A stretch of DNA of 64,000 nt from an uncultured delta proteobacterium. Lineage in GTDB: Bacteria > Myxococcota > B64-G9. The notes below the pieces were generated by a model. That model was given only the letters and a program-made list of their open reading frames with translations, ran no database searches and had not been told where the DNA came from. The DNA lies in the NCBI GenBank assembly GCA_963754925.1, contig CAVWHX010000001.1, forward strand, positions 201,144-265,143. The letters are read 5' to 3'. This document shows, piece after piece, positions 50,988-60,918 of the stretch (position 1 is the stretch's first letter; the number at the start of each line of letters is the position of its first letter). The position numbers and the translations under genes were made by a program.

Positions 50988-51518
50988 ATGATAGATCAGG
51001 ATGATCGAAAGGCGCTCCTTATCATCGATATGCTTAAAGATTTTATCGATAAGGGCGCTCCGCTGGAGGTTCCGGCGGGTCGGTGGGTAGTAGAAAACAT
51101 CGCCGGCGAAATCCGCTATCACCGAGAGAAGAAACGCCCCATCATCTATATCTGCGACCGGCATGAGCCAAACGATCCGGAATTTGAATACTGGCCGCCC
51201 CACGCCATTAAAGGTACACCAGGCGCAGAAATCATTGAAGCGCTTAATCCCCAACCAACCGACTATATCCTTGAGAAGACCAGTTATTCTGCCTTTTTCC
51301 GAACTGATCTTGAGAAATTACTCAATGAGCTTGACATCGATGAAGTTCTTATCTGCGGGGTATTGACCAACATCTGTGTCCTTTACACGGCAGTGGACGC
51401 CCTCATGCGCGGCATCCGGGTGATCGTTCCGGAGACCTGTGTCGCGGCTTTGAATGAGGCGGATCATACGTGGGCCCTGCGACAGATAAACGAAGTTCTT
51501 AAACCCATCAGTCGATAA
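50988..51518 (+). CDS. Isochorismatase/nicotinamidase-family cysteine hydrolase
   Basis: ALLIIDMLKDF, DRH, WPPHA, KTSYSAF, TNICV. Confidence 0.9.
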   Translation: MIDQDDRKALLIIDMLKDFIDKGAPLEVPAGRWVVENIAGEIRYHREKKRPIIYICDRHEPNDPEFEYWPPHAIKGTPGAEIIEALNPQPTDYILEKTSYSAFFRTDLEKLLNELDIDEVLICGVLTNICVLYTAVDALMRGIRVIVPETCVAALNEADHTWALRQINEVLKPISR

Positions 51519-51560
51519 CCGAGCTTCCTACCCCAACCAACCTATCGGATCATTGAGACG

Positions 51561-52628
51561 TCAGAGCGTGCGGCGATGAGGTTGCTTGAACTCAACGGCA
51601 AGCACACCGTCTTTAAAAATGCGGACGGCGCCATTGGTCTTACTCACGAGGAAGGTAATAGCTTTGGTGTTTTTAGTGATGAGCAAAGCCGCGGCGTTGC
51701 GCGTACCAAGCCCCAACGGCAACTCGATTTCGAGATCCTCGGCAGAGCGCAGGTAGCGTCCGGCCGCTAGTACCACGCCGTCTTCACGCACGATGATCGC
51801 GCCGTCGAGCAACGCATAATTGCGGATGGCGTCGCGCACTTTCGGATCAAGGATGTTTTTCTCGGCTTCGGAGTACCCCTGGAACGGGTTGAGGGTCAGT
51901 TGCTTGGATTTCTCCATGACTGCAACCGAGTCACCCACCACTAAGATGGTGCCCACCGGCGAGCCCTCATAGCCCTCGTAACCGATATTCAACGCCAGGT
52001 TCAAGACGCATTCGAGCACCTGAGCGGAAAACTCGCTACCGGCCTGCAGCACCCCAAGAGCCGAGCTTTCCTCCGAATGATCACCGATGCGTGTGAGCAT
52101 ACAGGTATCCATGGTGGCCGTGTTGATCTTGCCGGCGACGCATAAGACCGTCATCCCGTCGGTAAGAAGGTTCGACGTGACGCAGGCCGCTAACGAGATT
52201 TTGATCTTATCGAAACGATCGAAGGCATACGCCGGAATGATCTCGTGAGCGATACCTTCTTCTTCGCAACGAGCGCCGACCTTTTCGGATGGCGTGGCCA
52301 CCACCAACTTCTTGCGAACGCTGCGCTTCCTCTTGAGATCCTCAAAGGGCGGCATCGCATCAAAGACGAACAGAACGCGGTCAACATCAATGTGGGAGGC
52401 CATTTCCAAGGCCTCCTTGAGAAACTCTTTTTCCGGATTGAGCTTCGCGGAGGACGGTTTATCCCTTTCTTTCTCCCTATCCTTATCTTTGTCCTTGTCT
52501 TTTTCCTTATCCTTGTCCTTGGCGGTCTTGGTCTTCGATGCGGCACTACTCTGGAGAGCTGTTCCCTGGCCCGAAGACGAGGGCTGACCAGAAACCTGCG
52601 CTTGAGTGGCGTCGGCTGAGGAAACCAT
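51561..52628 (-). CDS. Diadenylate cyclase (DisA_N/DAC domain; DacZ-like architecture)
   Basis: EGYEGSPVGTILVVGD, NPFQG, LDGAIIV, GLGTRNAAA, LVSKTNG. Confidence 0.85.
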   Translation of the reverse strand: MVSSADATQAQVSGQPSSSGQGTALQSSAASKTKTAKDKDKEKDKDKDKDREKERDKPSSAKLNPEKEFLKEALEMASHIDVDRVLFVFDAMPPFEDLKRKRSVRKKLVVATPSEKVGARCEEEGIAHEIIPAYAFDRFDKIKISLAACVTSNLLTDGMTVLCVAGKINTATMDTCMLTRIGDHSEESSALGVLQAGSEFSAQVLECVLNLALNIGYEGYEGSPVGTILVVGDSVAVMEKSKQLTLNPFQGYSEAEKNILDPKVRDAIRNYALLDGAIIVREDGVVLAAGRYLRSAEDLEIELPLGLGTRNAAALLITKNTKAITFLVSKTNGAVRIFKDGVLAVEFKQPHRRTL

Positions 52629-52690
52629 ACGTCTACCTTAACTCGCTTGAAGGATATCGATCAACTTTTTAATCGTTCTGAGCCCTTGAG

Positions 52691-53290
52691 TTATGAGGGA
52701 AGCGGTGAATCCAACCCGAGGCGATTTCGTTTTTCTCGGATGAGCTGTTCGATGCCGGCAATAACTTCATCGGGCGCTTCTGGGCTGGCTTTAAGTGCCG
52801 CCTGTAGTGCGATGAGTTTTTCCAGCTCGGTTTTTTCATGAGCAACTAATTGATCGATCATTCGACTGAGTTCTTCCCCGACCGATTGTAGTTCGTCGCC
52901 CTTACGCAAGGGCCTGAAATCGGTCAGTTTGCCGTCTGCGACTTGCCCCAACGTACGTTGGATGGAATACGCGGGGCCGGCTATTTTATGAGTTGCCACG
53001 ATGCCGACGGACGTGAGGGCAATCACCAAACCACCCAGAAAAACAAACAGGTACATGAGCACCCGTTGGTCGTCCTTGCGGAGCTCAGCAGCCAGGGCGG
53101 AGTCCAACTCGGGATCGTCAAGAGATGAAACGCGCGAACTCTCACGGTGGGCCTGGTATAATGAGACACCCAACGCGGTTGCGATGACCGTTGAGACGAC
53201 CACCACCGCCAGGGTGTATTTGAGCTGAAAGCGTTTATCAAGGAGGAAATTGCGCAACTTGCGCGACGTTCGGTCATTGGCCATGGTCAA
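52691..53290 (-). CDS. Two-TM HAMP-like domain membrane protein
   Basis: DKRFQLKY, two TMs, THKIAGP...LRKGDEL. Confidence 0.75.
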   Translation of the reverse strand: MTMANDRTSRKLRNFLLDKRFQLKYTLAVVVVSTVIATALGVSLYQAHRESSRVSSLDDPELDSALAAELRKDDQRVLMYLFVFLGGLVIALTSVGIVATHKIAGPAYSIQRTLGQVADGKLTDFRPLRKGDELQSVGEELSRMIDQLVAHEKTELEKLIALQAALKASPEAPDEVIAGIEQLIREKRNRLGLDSPLPS

Positions 53291-53305
53291 AACCTCCGGT
53301 TGATG

Positions 53306-54178
53306 CTATGGCAAACTTTGACGCCCTACGTATTCGACGATCTGATCCAGCGCGGCGCCGGTTGCGGCGTTAAGCAGGGTGTTTACCAAATTTTCCCGTT
53401 CGTCGGCGGTCGGATCGGCCATCTCCGCGCTGGCTTCACCTGACGCGGAATACTCCATGCGCATTCTCTCGAGTGAGGCCACGATAATGCTAACTTTACA
53501 AATAAATAGGATTTTGTTACCCCGTGGAGTCATCGTCAGGGCCGAAATTCTCGGTTGTAGTTGATAGCCTCGGAGCTTACGCATCTTGAGATGCGCCGCG
53601 AGCTTATCTCCAGCGAGTACCGTGTCTTCTCCGGCTGAAAAGACCAGCGACGGTTGCCCGGATATGCTTTCTCGTAGGATGCGATCAAGACTCCGTGAAA
53701 GCCGAGGGCTTACCGTCGCGGATTGGCTCGCCGGGACCGTATCGATCAGCGCTTTGACTGGTCCGCGGGCTTGATCGAGCAAGACCAGGGCTTTCTCCGC
53801 TGCTTGTGAAACGAGCGGGTTGAGATGCGCAAGCAAGGGGCAGAGATCTGGCCTGGCCGGCTGGTAGGCGAGTTTTCCAAGCGCCATGGCTGCAGCCGCT
53901 TGGACGGCATCATGGGGGTCCTGTAGGGAGTTGCGCAGGGCAGAGGCGGCCGTGGTGAGCTGTTTTTTGCCGATGAGAATTGCCGCCTGGAGGCGCACCT
54001 TGAATGAAGGATCGGAAAGCGCTGCGACCAAACGTTCCTCGATATCGGTATCTGCGGCCTGTGCATGAAGTGAGCACCACGGGAATAACCCCATGCTCAA
54101 ACTGAACCATAGCAATGTCTGACGAAGTATCAAACGCTTGCCCTTGGCAGCGCGATAGAAGTCATTCATAGGACGCAT
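53306..54178 (-). CDS. Exported HEAT-repeat protein
   Basis: Signal-like segment; LSDPSFKVRLQAA, LQDPHDAVQAAAAMALG; start uncertain. Confidence 0.75.
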   Translation of the reverse strand: MRPMNDFYRAAKGKRLILRQTLLWFSLSMGLFPWCSLHAQAADTDIEERLVAALSDPSFKVRLQAAILIGKKQLTTAASALRNSLQDPHDAVQAAAAMALGKLAYQPARPDLCPLLAHLNPLVSQAAEKALVLLDQARGPVKALIDTVPASQSATVSPRLSRSLDRILRESISGQPSLVFSAGEDTVLAGDKLAAHLKMRKLRGYQLQPRISALTMTPRGNKILFICKVSIIVASLERMRMEYSASGEASAEMADPTADERENLVNTLLNAATGAALDQIVEYVGRQSLP

Positions 54179-54206
54179 GGTATCATTTCTCGGGTAGGTA
54201 TCGATA

Positions 54207-56503
54207 CTATTTTTCGATGTGTTCATTCCGTAATTCATCAAAGCTTATCCGCTCCAACCAGTCATGAACGTTCGGTTCTTCTCCGACGCCGTGGGGAAAT
54301 TGCGAGAGCACCGTGAGTATCAACGCGGCGCCGGCCCGATCACCGGCGCGGTACCGAGCGATTGCCAACAGACGCAGGTTTTCAGAGAAAAACGCCGGAT
54401 GCACAAAACCTATTTCTCCAGCGCGCTCGAGATATGGGATGGCCTGCGCAAAACGCTCGCGTAGGTAGAGTTGACGTCCCAGCAGGTACCAGGCGCCGGC
54501 CCATGTCTTGGTCTCGATCGCAGCTTCATGCAGGGTGAGCAAGGAGGCCGTGTCGTTTTCTCCGGTATCAAGGAAATCCAAGACCAGCCTCCCGGCATGG
54601 TCACGTTCGAGGGCTTCAAGCTTGATCAGAGCCAGGCGTTCGTAATTTTGATTGGGGCTTTCGGCCAGCATCAGTTGGTACTGTTCGCGGGCTTGATCAA
54701 TTTTGCCCGCAGTCGCCAGAAGATCGCCGATACGATTGTGCAAATTGATGCGCTGAATGACATTGAGATCGGTTCGCGCCAAGAGGGCTAAGCCCTCGGA
54801 CAATGCCGTTTCGGATTCGCCTACGCGCCTGCGGATCTCGACCATCAAGGCCAGGGTGTCTTCGTCATTCGGCAGATAGCTCAAAATTTGCGTGGCCGCC
54901 GTTCGAGCGCGATCAAATTGTTCAGCCGCCAGGTCGTCAAGCATTTCCTTGCGCAGAGACGATACCTCGTGGGCACACGGGCGGGCAAATATGCTCGGCG
55001 TAGCGAAGCGTGCGGTCGCAGCCGCTACGGTACGGTCGTCGATCGGCAGGGCGTCGAGGAATTTCTCCCAATCTTCTATCAGTTCAGGCAGTGTTTTAGG
55101 ATAAACACCTTCAGAAGTACCGGCGGCATACGCCTCCTTGAGCCGATCTCTGCCGTAGGTTGTGAGTAAAAATAGGACAAACGATCCGGCCAGGGTATAC
55201 GACCGTTCTCCCGAGGCGGTCCAGAAGCCCGTCGGGGTGAAAAGTTCAATCAACCGCGGTGCCTGGCCGGACCGGCGCATGGCGGCGCTCCAGGTATGCA
55301 CGTCAAATCGTTCAGCCGACGCTTCGGCGGCAGTAGCCAATCCTTCCGTCAGCCCAAGGTTGACCCAGAGTCCGTTGCGGGCGCTTATGCCGAGCGGCTT
55401 GGCGCCAAAAGCACATGCAACGGCGTGGGTAAGCTCGTGTTAAGACCGGGGTGGGGGAATTCCGTTCCATTGAGATACACGGCGCGCTGCCAAGGTTTGG
55501 AAAATTGCGTGCGACCGGCGCCGACCAAGCGACGTTTCTGCTCGGCGGTCGAAAAAAGGTAGCTGTGAAATCGCTCGCCACCGTGATCGACCAACCCGAG
55601 CATACGCTGCAATTGCCAGTAACGAAACTCGTGGTCCTCGGCTGCGAGCGCCGCCGCCGCCGGCGAAAGATCGGGCGCGTGATGGATGATAAAATGAGTA
55701 GTGTTGGTCACCGCGGAGAGCTCGCGGAGCACGTGTTCGGCCGAGCGGCCGAAGCCCAGCGTGAAGCGCCCGAGGGTCAAACTCATAGCGGCTGCAAGGC
55801 AAATCACCATTCCGATTCCGGCGTATGGACGGCCGGAGGGGCCATGAGTTTTACGCTGCAGCAGCGCTACAAAACATAAGGCGCTCAGGCCCCAGGTTAT
55901 TCCAAAAAGGCGCGACGCCAGAAGCGGCAACCCAAGCTCGAGCACCTCGTCGTATATGGGTCCCGAAAACCAACCCAAAATTTGATTGTAGGAATCAATC
56001 TGCGGTCCGGACCAAAGTTCCCATAGGTTGTATCCCGCCATGAGCATCCACAGGAAAGTATAGGCGAGATAGCCGAGGGTACGCCTGCGAATCAGCAAGC
56101 CGATGGTTGTTCCCCAGGTTGTAAATACGGTGGCGGTGGCAACCGGCAACAGCAAAAAGAAACCCATGCCGGTCACCAGATTGCAGTTTTTTATTCGGAG
56201 GGCGTTGAGGAGAATCACGCCCAAGGGAAGCAGCAGCAACACCCCATTTGCGGCCAGCGCGCGTATATAGAGCCCTGCACGCGAGACAGGGACAAGGCCC
56301 AAAGTGCTCGCGGCCTGGCGCCTGCGCACCACACCCAGGGCTACCGGACCCGCGGTGATAGATACGAGAAGGCTCAGGGCGACGCAGAACTCGTATCCGA
56401 GCAGATCAAAAAGCGGCGTCAGAGCCAGGATGAGCGCCAGAACGAGTTGCGCCGCTCCCGACAGCCATAGGGACCAGGTATGCATTGCGCGAAACCTTTT
56501 CAC
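54207..56503 (-). CDS. Multi-TM protein with gluzincin (HExxH) peptidase-like domain and TPR repeats, split by frameshifts near 55385-55445
   Basis: ORFs 55385-56503 and 54207-55340 join through a frame reading HELTHAVA and then GLTEGLATA. Confidence 0.7.
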
Positions 56504-56600
56504 AAGCCCTCAATAGCACAGGTTGGGTCAAAAACAAGATTAGGGTCAACCCCAACGTAATTTTGGACATTGTCGGTTATTGGCGGTATCGTTTCTTATT

Positions 56601-57644
56601 ATGGTGGCGGTTCGCATACCGGAAGTCGAAGAGCTGGCGTTGGCCAATCAGGTTTTGGCCTACGTCGAACAGCTTACCTCTGCCGAGGCCGCTGACAGCG
56701 CCCGCTTTCTTAAGATGATCATGCAGCAAATTAATCAGTTGAAAGAGTTGCTCAACGGCTATCCGTCGATTATCCAAGATTACCAGGTCGCCGGCGAAAC
56801 GGTCGGTCTCCAGAGCCTGGTCGACACACTCTGTCACGCCAATCCTTATACTATTGAGATCTACGTGCCAACCCGCGCCACGGTTGGTCGCACCTACCTC
56901 TTTGCAAAGTTCAATCTCAACCGCTTATTGGTTCGCATCGCCAACCACCATATGCCCGACGGACCGAGCAAGACCTTAGTAATAGAGGGATTGATGCGCC
57001 TGGTGCGCCGGGCAGTTATATCGATCATCGCCGAGGACATCCTGGTGTCGATAGCATCCGATCAACACCTCGATCTTTCTTTACGGCGCAAAGCTATTTA
57101 CGTACTGGTGGATTTGTGGGAAAACCGGACCTCGCGTTCAATCGAAGATTTTTCGCCTATTCTCGACTCGGTTTGGGAAGCCAAGACCCGGGTTACGGTT
57201 TTCATATGGCACGCTTTCGGGCACCTCCGAAATTCTCGGACTCATGCGTGAAGGCTGCGATCCGGCGGTCATCGATTATTTCACCCGCGATGAAATCGTC
57301 GAGGAGGAACATCAGGCCTTGATTGAGCTGGTGTTCAATACGACCTACGAGGAAATCGCCGCCCTGAGGCGGTATATGGAACGCACGCGCAAACAGGTGC
57401 TTGGGCCAGACGACGTCGCGCAATCTTTAACGTTCCTGTTTCACATCTCCATCGCACCATCAAAGTCGAGCAGGATATCTTCTTTACGTTTCGGGAGCGT
57501 CAGGTTAACGCCTATCACCGCTTGATCCACCATGTTCCGGGGCCAAAGAAGACCGCAGAAGAATACCTGATGATTTACTACCTTCAAAACGCCGACATTC
57601 GCCCGCCAACGATTAATATCAGCTGCATAGGAAATGAACGCTGA
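56601..57644 (+). CDS. Conserved hypothetical protein, frameshifts near 57205 and 57430
   Basis: Three consecutive frames; the last reads ...HVPGPKKTAEEYLMIYYLQ...NER*. Confidence 0.6.
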
Positions 57645-57665
57645 TACCGGTTAGATGTTCAAAGG

Positions 57666-57694
57666 TTGACATCCTCGCAAATGGTCCTTAACCT
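57666..57694 (+). promoter_or_regulatory. sigma70 promoter of surE, probably leaderless
   Basis: TTGACA-17-TAACCT-8 nt-ATG, no SD. Confidence 0.65.
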
Positions 57695-57702
57695 CTTTGG
57701 CC

Positions 57703-58466
57703 ATGTTGCGGATACTGATCACCAACGACGATGGAATTTTCTCCCCAGGACTGCGGTCGATCGAGGAAGCGTTTGCTGAAGTCGGCGACGTCTGGGTCGT
57801 TGCGCCCGAGTGCGAAAATTCGGCTTGTGGTCGCTCGGTGACCCTGCACCGACCCTTACGGGTAAAAGAGATAAACCACCGTCGATTCACGGTTGATGGA
57901 ACGCCCTCTGATTGCGTTTTGTTGGCGTTTTCCGGTGCTTAGTGCCGGAACGTCCGGATGTCGTGGTATCGGGCATCAACCGCGGCAACAACATCGGCGA
58001 GGATCTTGATTACTCGGGTACGGTCGGCGCTGCGGCAGAAGGCGCCCTGCAAGGCGCCCGTGTCTCGTTGGCGGTGTCGGCAGACGAGCGTTCCCAACCG
58101 GAAGACCTTGCCTGGGTCGGGGGTGTTTCCCGCACGCTCACCGAACGGTTACTGCGCAATCTCACGCCGAAGGGTACCTACCTGAATATTAATTTTCCTC
58201 AGCGGCCAACCAGCCGAGTGCAGTGGACACGGCCGGCTCATTTTCTCGGCACCGGTCAGGTCGATCCCTGCGAAGATCCACGGGGGAACAGGTATTATTG
58301 GATTTCGGCGCGTCCCCAGGATACCCATCCTTCAGCGGACACCGATCGCGGCGCGCTCGCCCAAGGCATCATTTCATTGACGCTTCTCACCCTGGTTCGA
58401 AACCATGACGGCGAATGGGAGCGGCCCGACTTTTCAAAAGACGGTTTTGTTGAGGTTCGTCCGTGA
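57703..58466 (+). CDS. surE: 5'/3'-nucleotidase SurE, frameshift near 57935
   Basis: ILITNDDG, VDGTPSDCV, VVSGINRGNN, YSGTVGAA. Confidence 0.95.
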
Positions 58467-59107
58467 GCTTTGAAACAAAACGCGAGTTAATGGTATCCCG
58501 CCAGCTTCAGGCTCGGGGGATTCGTGATTCACGCGTGCTTTCCGCCATGCGCCGCGTGCCACGCCATCTCTTTGTCAGCCCCGATCAACAGGACCAAGCC
58601 TACGGAGATTTTCCGCTGCCCATCGGCGAGGGTCAAACCATCTCTCAGCCGTTCATGGTCGCGACCATGCTGGCCGACCTTCGCCTTAAAGGCCATGAAC
58701 ACATTTTGGAGATTGGGACCGGTTCGGGCTACAACGCCGCCCTTATTGCGGAACTGGCTACTACGGTCATTTCAATCGAGCGAATTGCTAACTTAGCCGA
58801 GCGCGCTCGCGAGTTGGTTGCACAACTGGGTTACAAAAATATCCAGATCGAAATCGGAGATGGCACGTTTGGTTGGCAGGAGGGCGCTCCCTATGATGGC
58901 ATTGTGGTGACGGCCGGCGCCCCGCGCGTTCCGAGCGCCTTGCTTAATCAACTGGCCATTGGCGGTCGATTGGTTGTTCCCGTGGGAGGACGGTCAGGGC
59001 AAGTCCTCGAGATTCACACTAAGGTGAAACAAGACCGGTTTGACGTCGAAACAGACACCGCGTGCCGGTTTGTGTCACTGATTGGCAAGGATGGGTGGGA
59101 TACGTGA
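58463..59107 (+). CDS. pcm: Protein-L-isoaspartate O-methyltransferase
   Basis: VPRHLFV, GQTISQP, LEIGTGSGY, APYDGIVVTA. Confidence 0.96.
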   Translation: MSFETKRELMVSRQLQARGIRDSRVLSAMRRVPRHLFVSPDQQDQAYGDFPLPIGEGQTISQPFMVATMLADLRLKGHEHILEIGTGSGYNAALIAELATTVISIERIANLAERARELVAQLGYKNIQIEIGDGTFGWQEGAPYDGIVVTAGAPRVPSALLNQLAIGGRLVVPVGGRSGQVLEIHTKVKQDRFDVETDTACRFVSLIGKDGWDT

Positions 59108-59835
59108 GCAACCGCTGGGTCATCAAGGCAACCTGCATGGTAGTGCCGTTCGCCCTGATAAGTTGCGCCGAGAAGCAGCATATCTCGCTGGAATTTCTTT
59201 CTCCGGTTCCCGACGCCGAGGCAATTGGCGTCTATCATGAGGTTCAAAAGGGCGAAACATTGATGAGCATTTGCAGAATATACGGCTCCGATCTTCAGGA
59301 AGTCGCTGAGCTCAACGATATCACCGAGCCTTCGCTCATTCAGATTGGTCAGAAGATTTTTATTCCGGATGTTGCCGGACCGATGCCGGACGCCGGAGCG
59401 GAGAGCGTCGCGCCGAGGCCGGTCCCCGAAGAACCACGCCATATCGATACCTGGGTGGGGGAATTTATCTGGCCGGTCGAAGGGACCCTCACCTCGCCGT
59501 TTGGGGTGCGAAGAGGCAAACGTCACGACGGGATTGACATCGCAGCTCCCCTGGGAACCGAAATTCGCGCCGCCGCCAACGGTACGGTGCTGTTTGCCGG
59601 TAACCATCGCGACGGCTACGGCAATCTCGTTATCATAAAACATAAAAACAGTCTCGTGACCGTCTACGCTCATACGCAGAGATATTTTGTCAAGGAAGGT
59701 GAAGAGGTGCACCAAGGTCAGGTGATTGCCAAGGTTGGAAAAACCGGGCGGGCAAGCGGCCCGCATGTTCACTTTGAAATCCGCGACGGCGTAAAACCTC
59801 GCAACCCCATGTTCTTTTTAAAACGACTGGAGTAA
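59104..59835 (+). CDS. LysM/M23 peptidase lipoprotein (NlpD-like)
   Basis: LISC lipobox, YHEVQKGETL LysM, HDGIDI, YAH, GPHVHFEIR. Confidence 0.92.
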   Translation: MSNRWVIKATCMVVPFALISCAEKQHISLEFLSPVPDAEAIGVYHEVQKGETLMSICRIYGSDLQEVAELNDITEPSLIQIGQKIFIPDVAGPMPDAGAESVAPRPVPEEPRHIDTWVGEFIWPVEGTLTSPFGVRRGKRHDGIDIAAPLGTEIRAAANGTVLFAGNHRDGYGNLVIIKHKNSLVTVYAHTQRYFVKEGEEVHQGQVIAKVGKTGRASGPHVHFEIRDGVKPRNPMFFLKRLE

Positions 59836-59862
59836 TTGGCATATCGAGAGCGGGAGGAAGCC

Positions 59863-60393
59863 ATGCACGAGCTGGAAAAGTATATCCGTGACATTCCCGA
59901 TTTTCCTAAACCAGGAATCATATTCAAAGACATTACGCCGCTCCTCAAGGACCCCCATGGCTTTCAGCGGGCCATAGAGATCCTCAAAGAACAGGTGGAG
60001 GTCTTCAAGCCGGACGTGTTTTTGGCTATAGAAAGCCGCGGCTTTGTGTTTGGCGGAGCATTGGCGTTTGGTCTAAACAAAGGCTTAATTGTCGCTCGCA
60101 AGATCGGCAAGCTGCCGTACCGGAGCGATCGGATATCCTATCAACTTGAGTATGGCAGCAATACCTTGGAACTCCATGTGGATGCGATTGCGCCAGGTCA
60201 ACGGGTGGTGGTAGTAGATGACCTGCTTGCCACCGGTGGCACCGCCGCGGCCTGCGGTGAACTTATTCAAAAACAAGGTGGAGTTGTGGCCGGTTTCTCG
60301 TTTGTGGTTGAGCTCGCTTTTCTTCAAGGGAGAAAGAGAAACTCATCCCTCATCCGATATCGAGTATTCTTGTCTACTAAAACCGTCTCTTAG
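59863..60393 (+). CDS. apt: Adenine phosphoribosyltransferase (C-terminus probably frameshifted)
   Basis: IPDFPKPGIIFKDIT, ESRGF, LEYG, VDDLLATGGT. Confidence 0.96.
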   Translation: MHELEKYIRDIPDFPKPGIIFKDITPLLKDPHGFQRAIEILKEQVEVFKPDVFLAIESRGFVFGGALAFGLNKGLIVARKIGKLPYRSDRISYQLEYGSNTLELHVDAIAPGQRVVVVDDLLATGGTAAACGELIQKQGGVVAGFSFVVELAFLQGRKRNSSLIRYRVFLSTKTVS

Positions 60394-60432
60394 ACCTTGA
60401 CAACGCCGCTTCGCCGGCATTACAAACGGCCA

Positions 60433-60485
60433 ATCCCTAACGGGATAAGAGACTGTAACGCTCGCTTTGCTCGCTAACAGTCTCT
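60433..60485 (-). repeat. Two-hairpin dispersed element, copy C (inverted)
   Basis: Minus strand AGAGACTGTTA-GCGAGCAAAGCGAGCG-TTACAGTCTCT, then TATCCC-GTTA-GGGAT. Confidence 0.8.
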
Positions 60486-60489
60486 AAGT

Positions 60490-60563
60490 GCCCCCGTAGC
60501 TCAGACGGATAGAGCATCCGCCTCCTAAGCGGAAGGTCACCTGTTCGAATCAGGTCGGGGGCG
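60490..60563 (+). tRNA. tRNA-Arg(CCU)
   Basis: GCCCCCG...CGGGGGC acceptor stem, TCCGC-CTCCTAA-GCGGA anticodon arm; no encoded CCA. Confidence 0.97.
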
Positions 60564-60583
60564 TTCGAAGAAGTGAGGAGAAC

Positions 60584-60918
60584 ATGGCACCCTATATTAC
60601 CATTACCTTGGAAGCTATTGAATCTCTGCAGCGTTTAGCGCAAAGCGGCTTGAAGGGAACCCATCTTTTGTTTTCGAATCTGATGATCAGAGAAGCGTTC
60701 AGCCGCGAGCCGCCGCCCGAGCTTCTCAATCAAAGCGAATTCATCAAGCGGGTTCAAGAGGTTTTAATGAAGATAATTCAAAGCCAGGATCTGGACGAGC
60801 AACGTGACCTGATTCGATCGCTCGATCCTGAGCTGCGCAATATCTTGGTCCATCTATACTTTGGCTTCCTCGAACGAGTCTCGGGCGACCAGGAGACTTC
60901 TTCAGAGGTGTTAACTGA
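60584..60918 (+). CDS. Hypothetical protein (true end probably near 60918)
   Basis: GAGGAG RBS, helical 110-aa region; the ORF tail overlapping cca looks like frameshift read-through. Confidence 0.55.

Noticed and set aside
52460..52530. DNA tandem repeat (CCTTATCTTTGT-like)
   Set aside because: Low-complexity KD/KE coding tract at the N-terminus of the DAC protein
59014..59772. 252-aa antisense ORF
   Set aside because: Fully overlaps the well-supported LysM/M23 gene; no motifs
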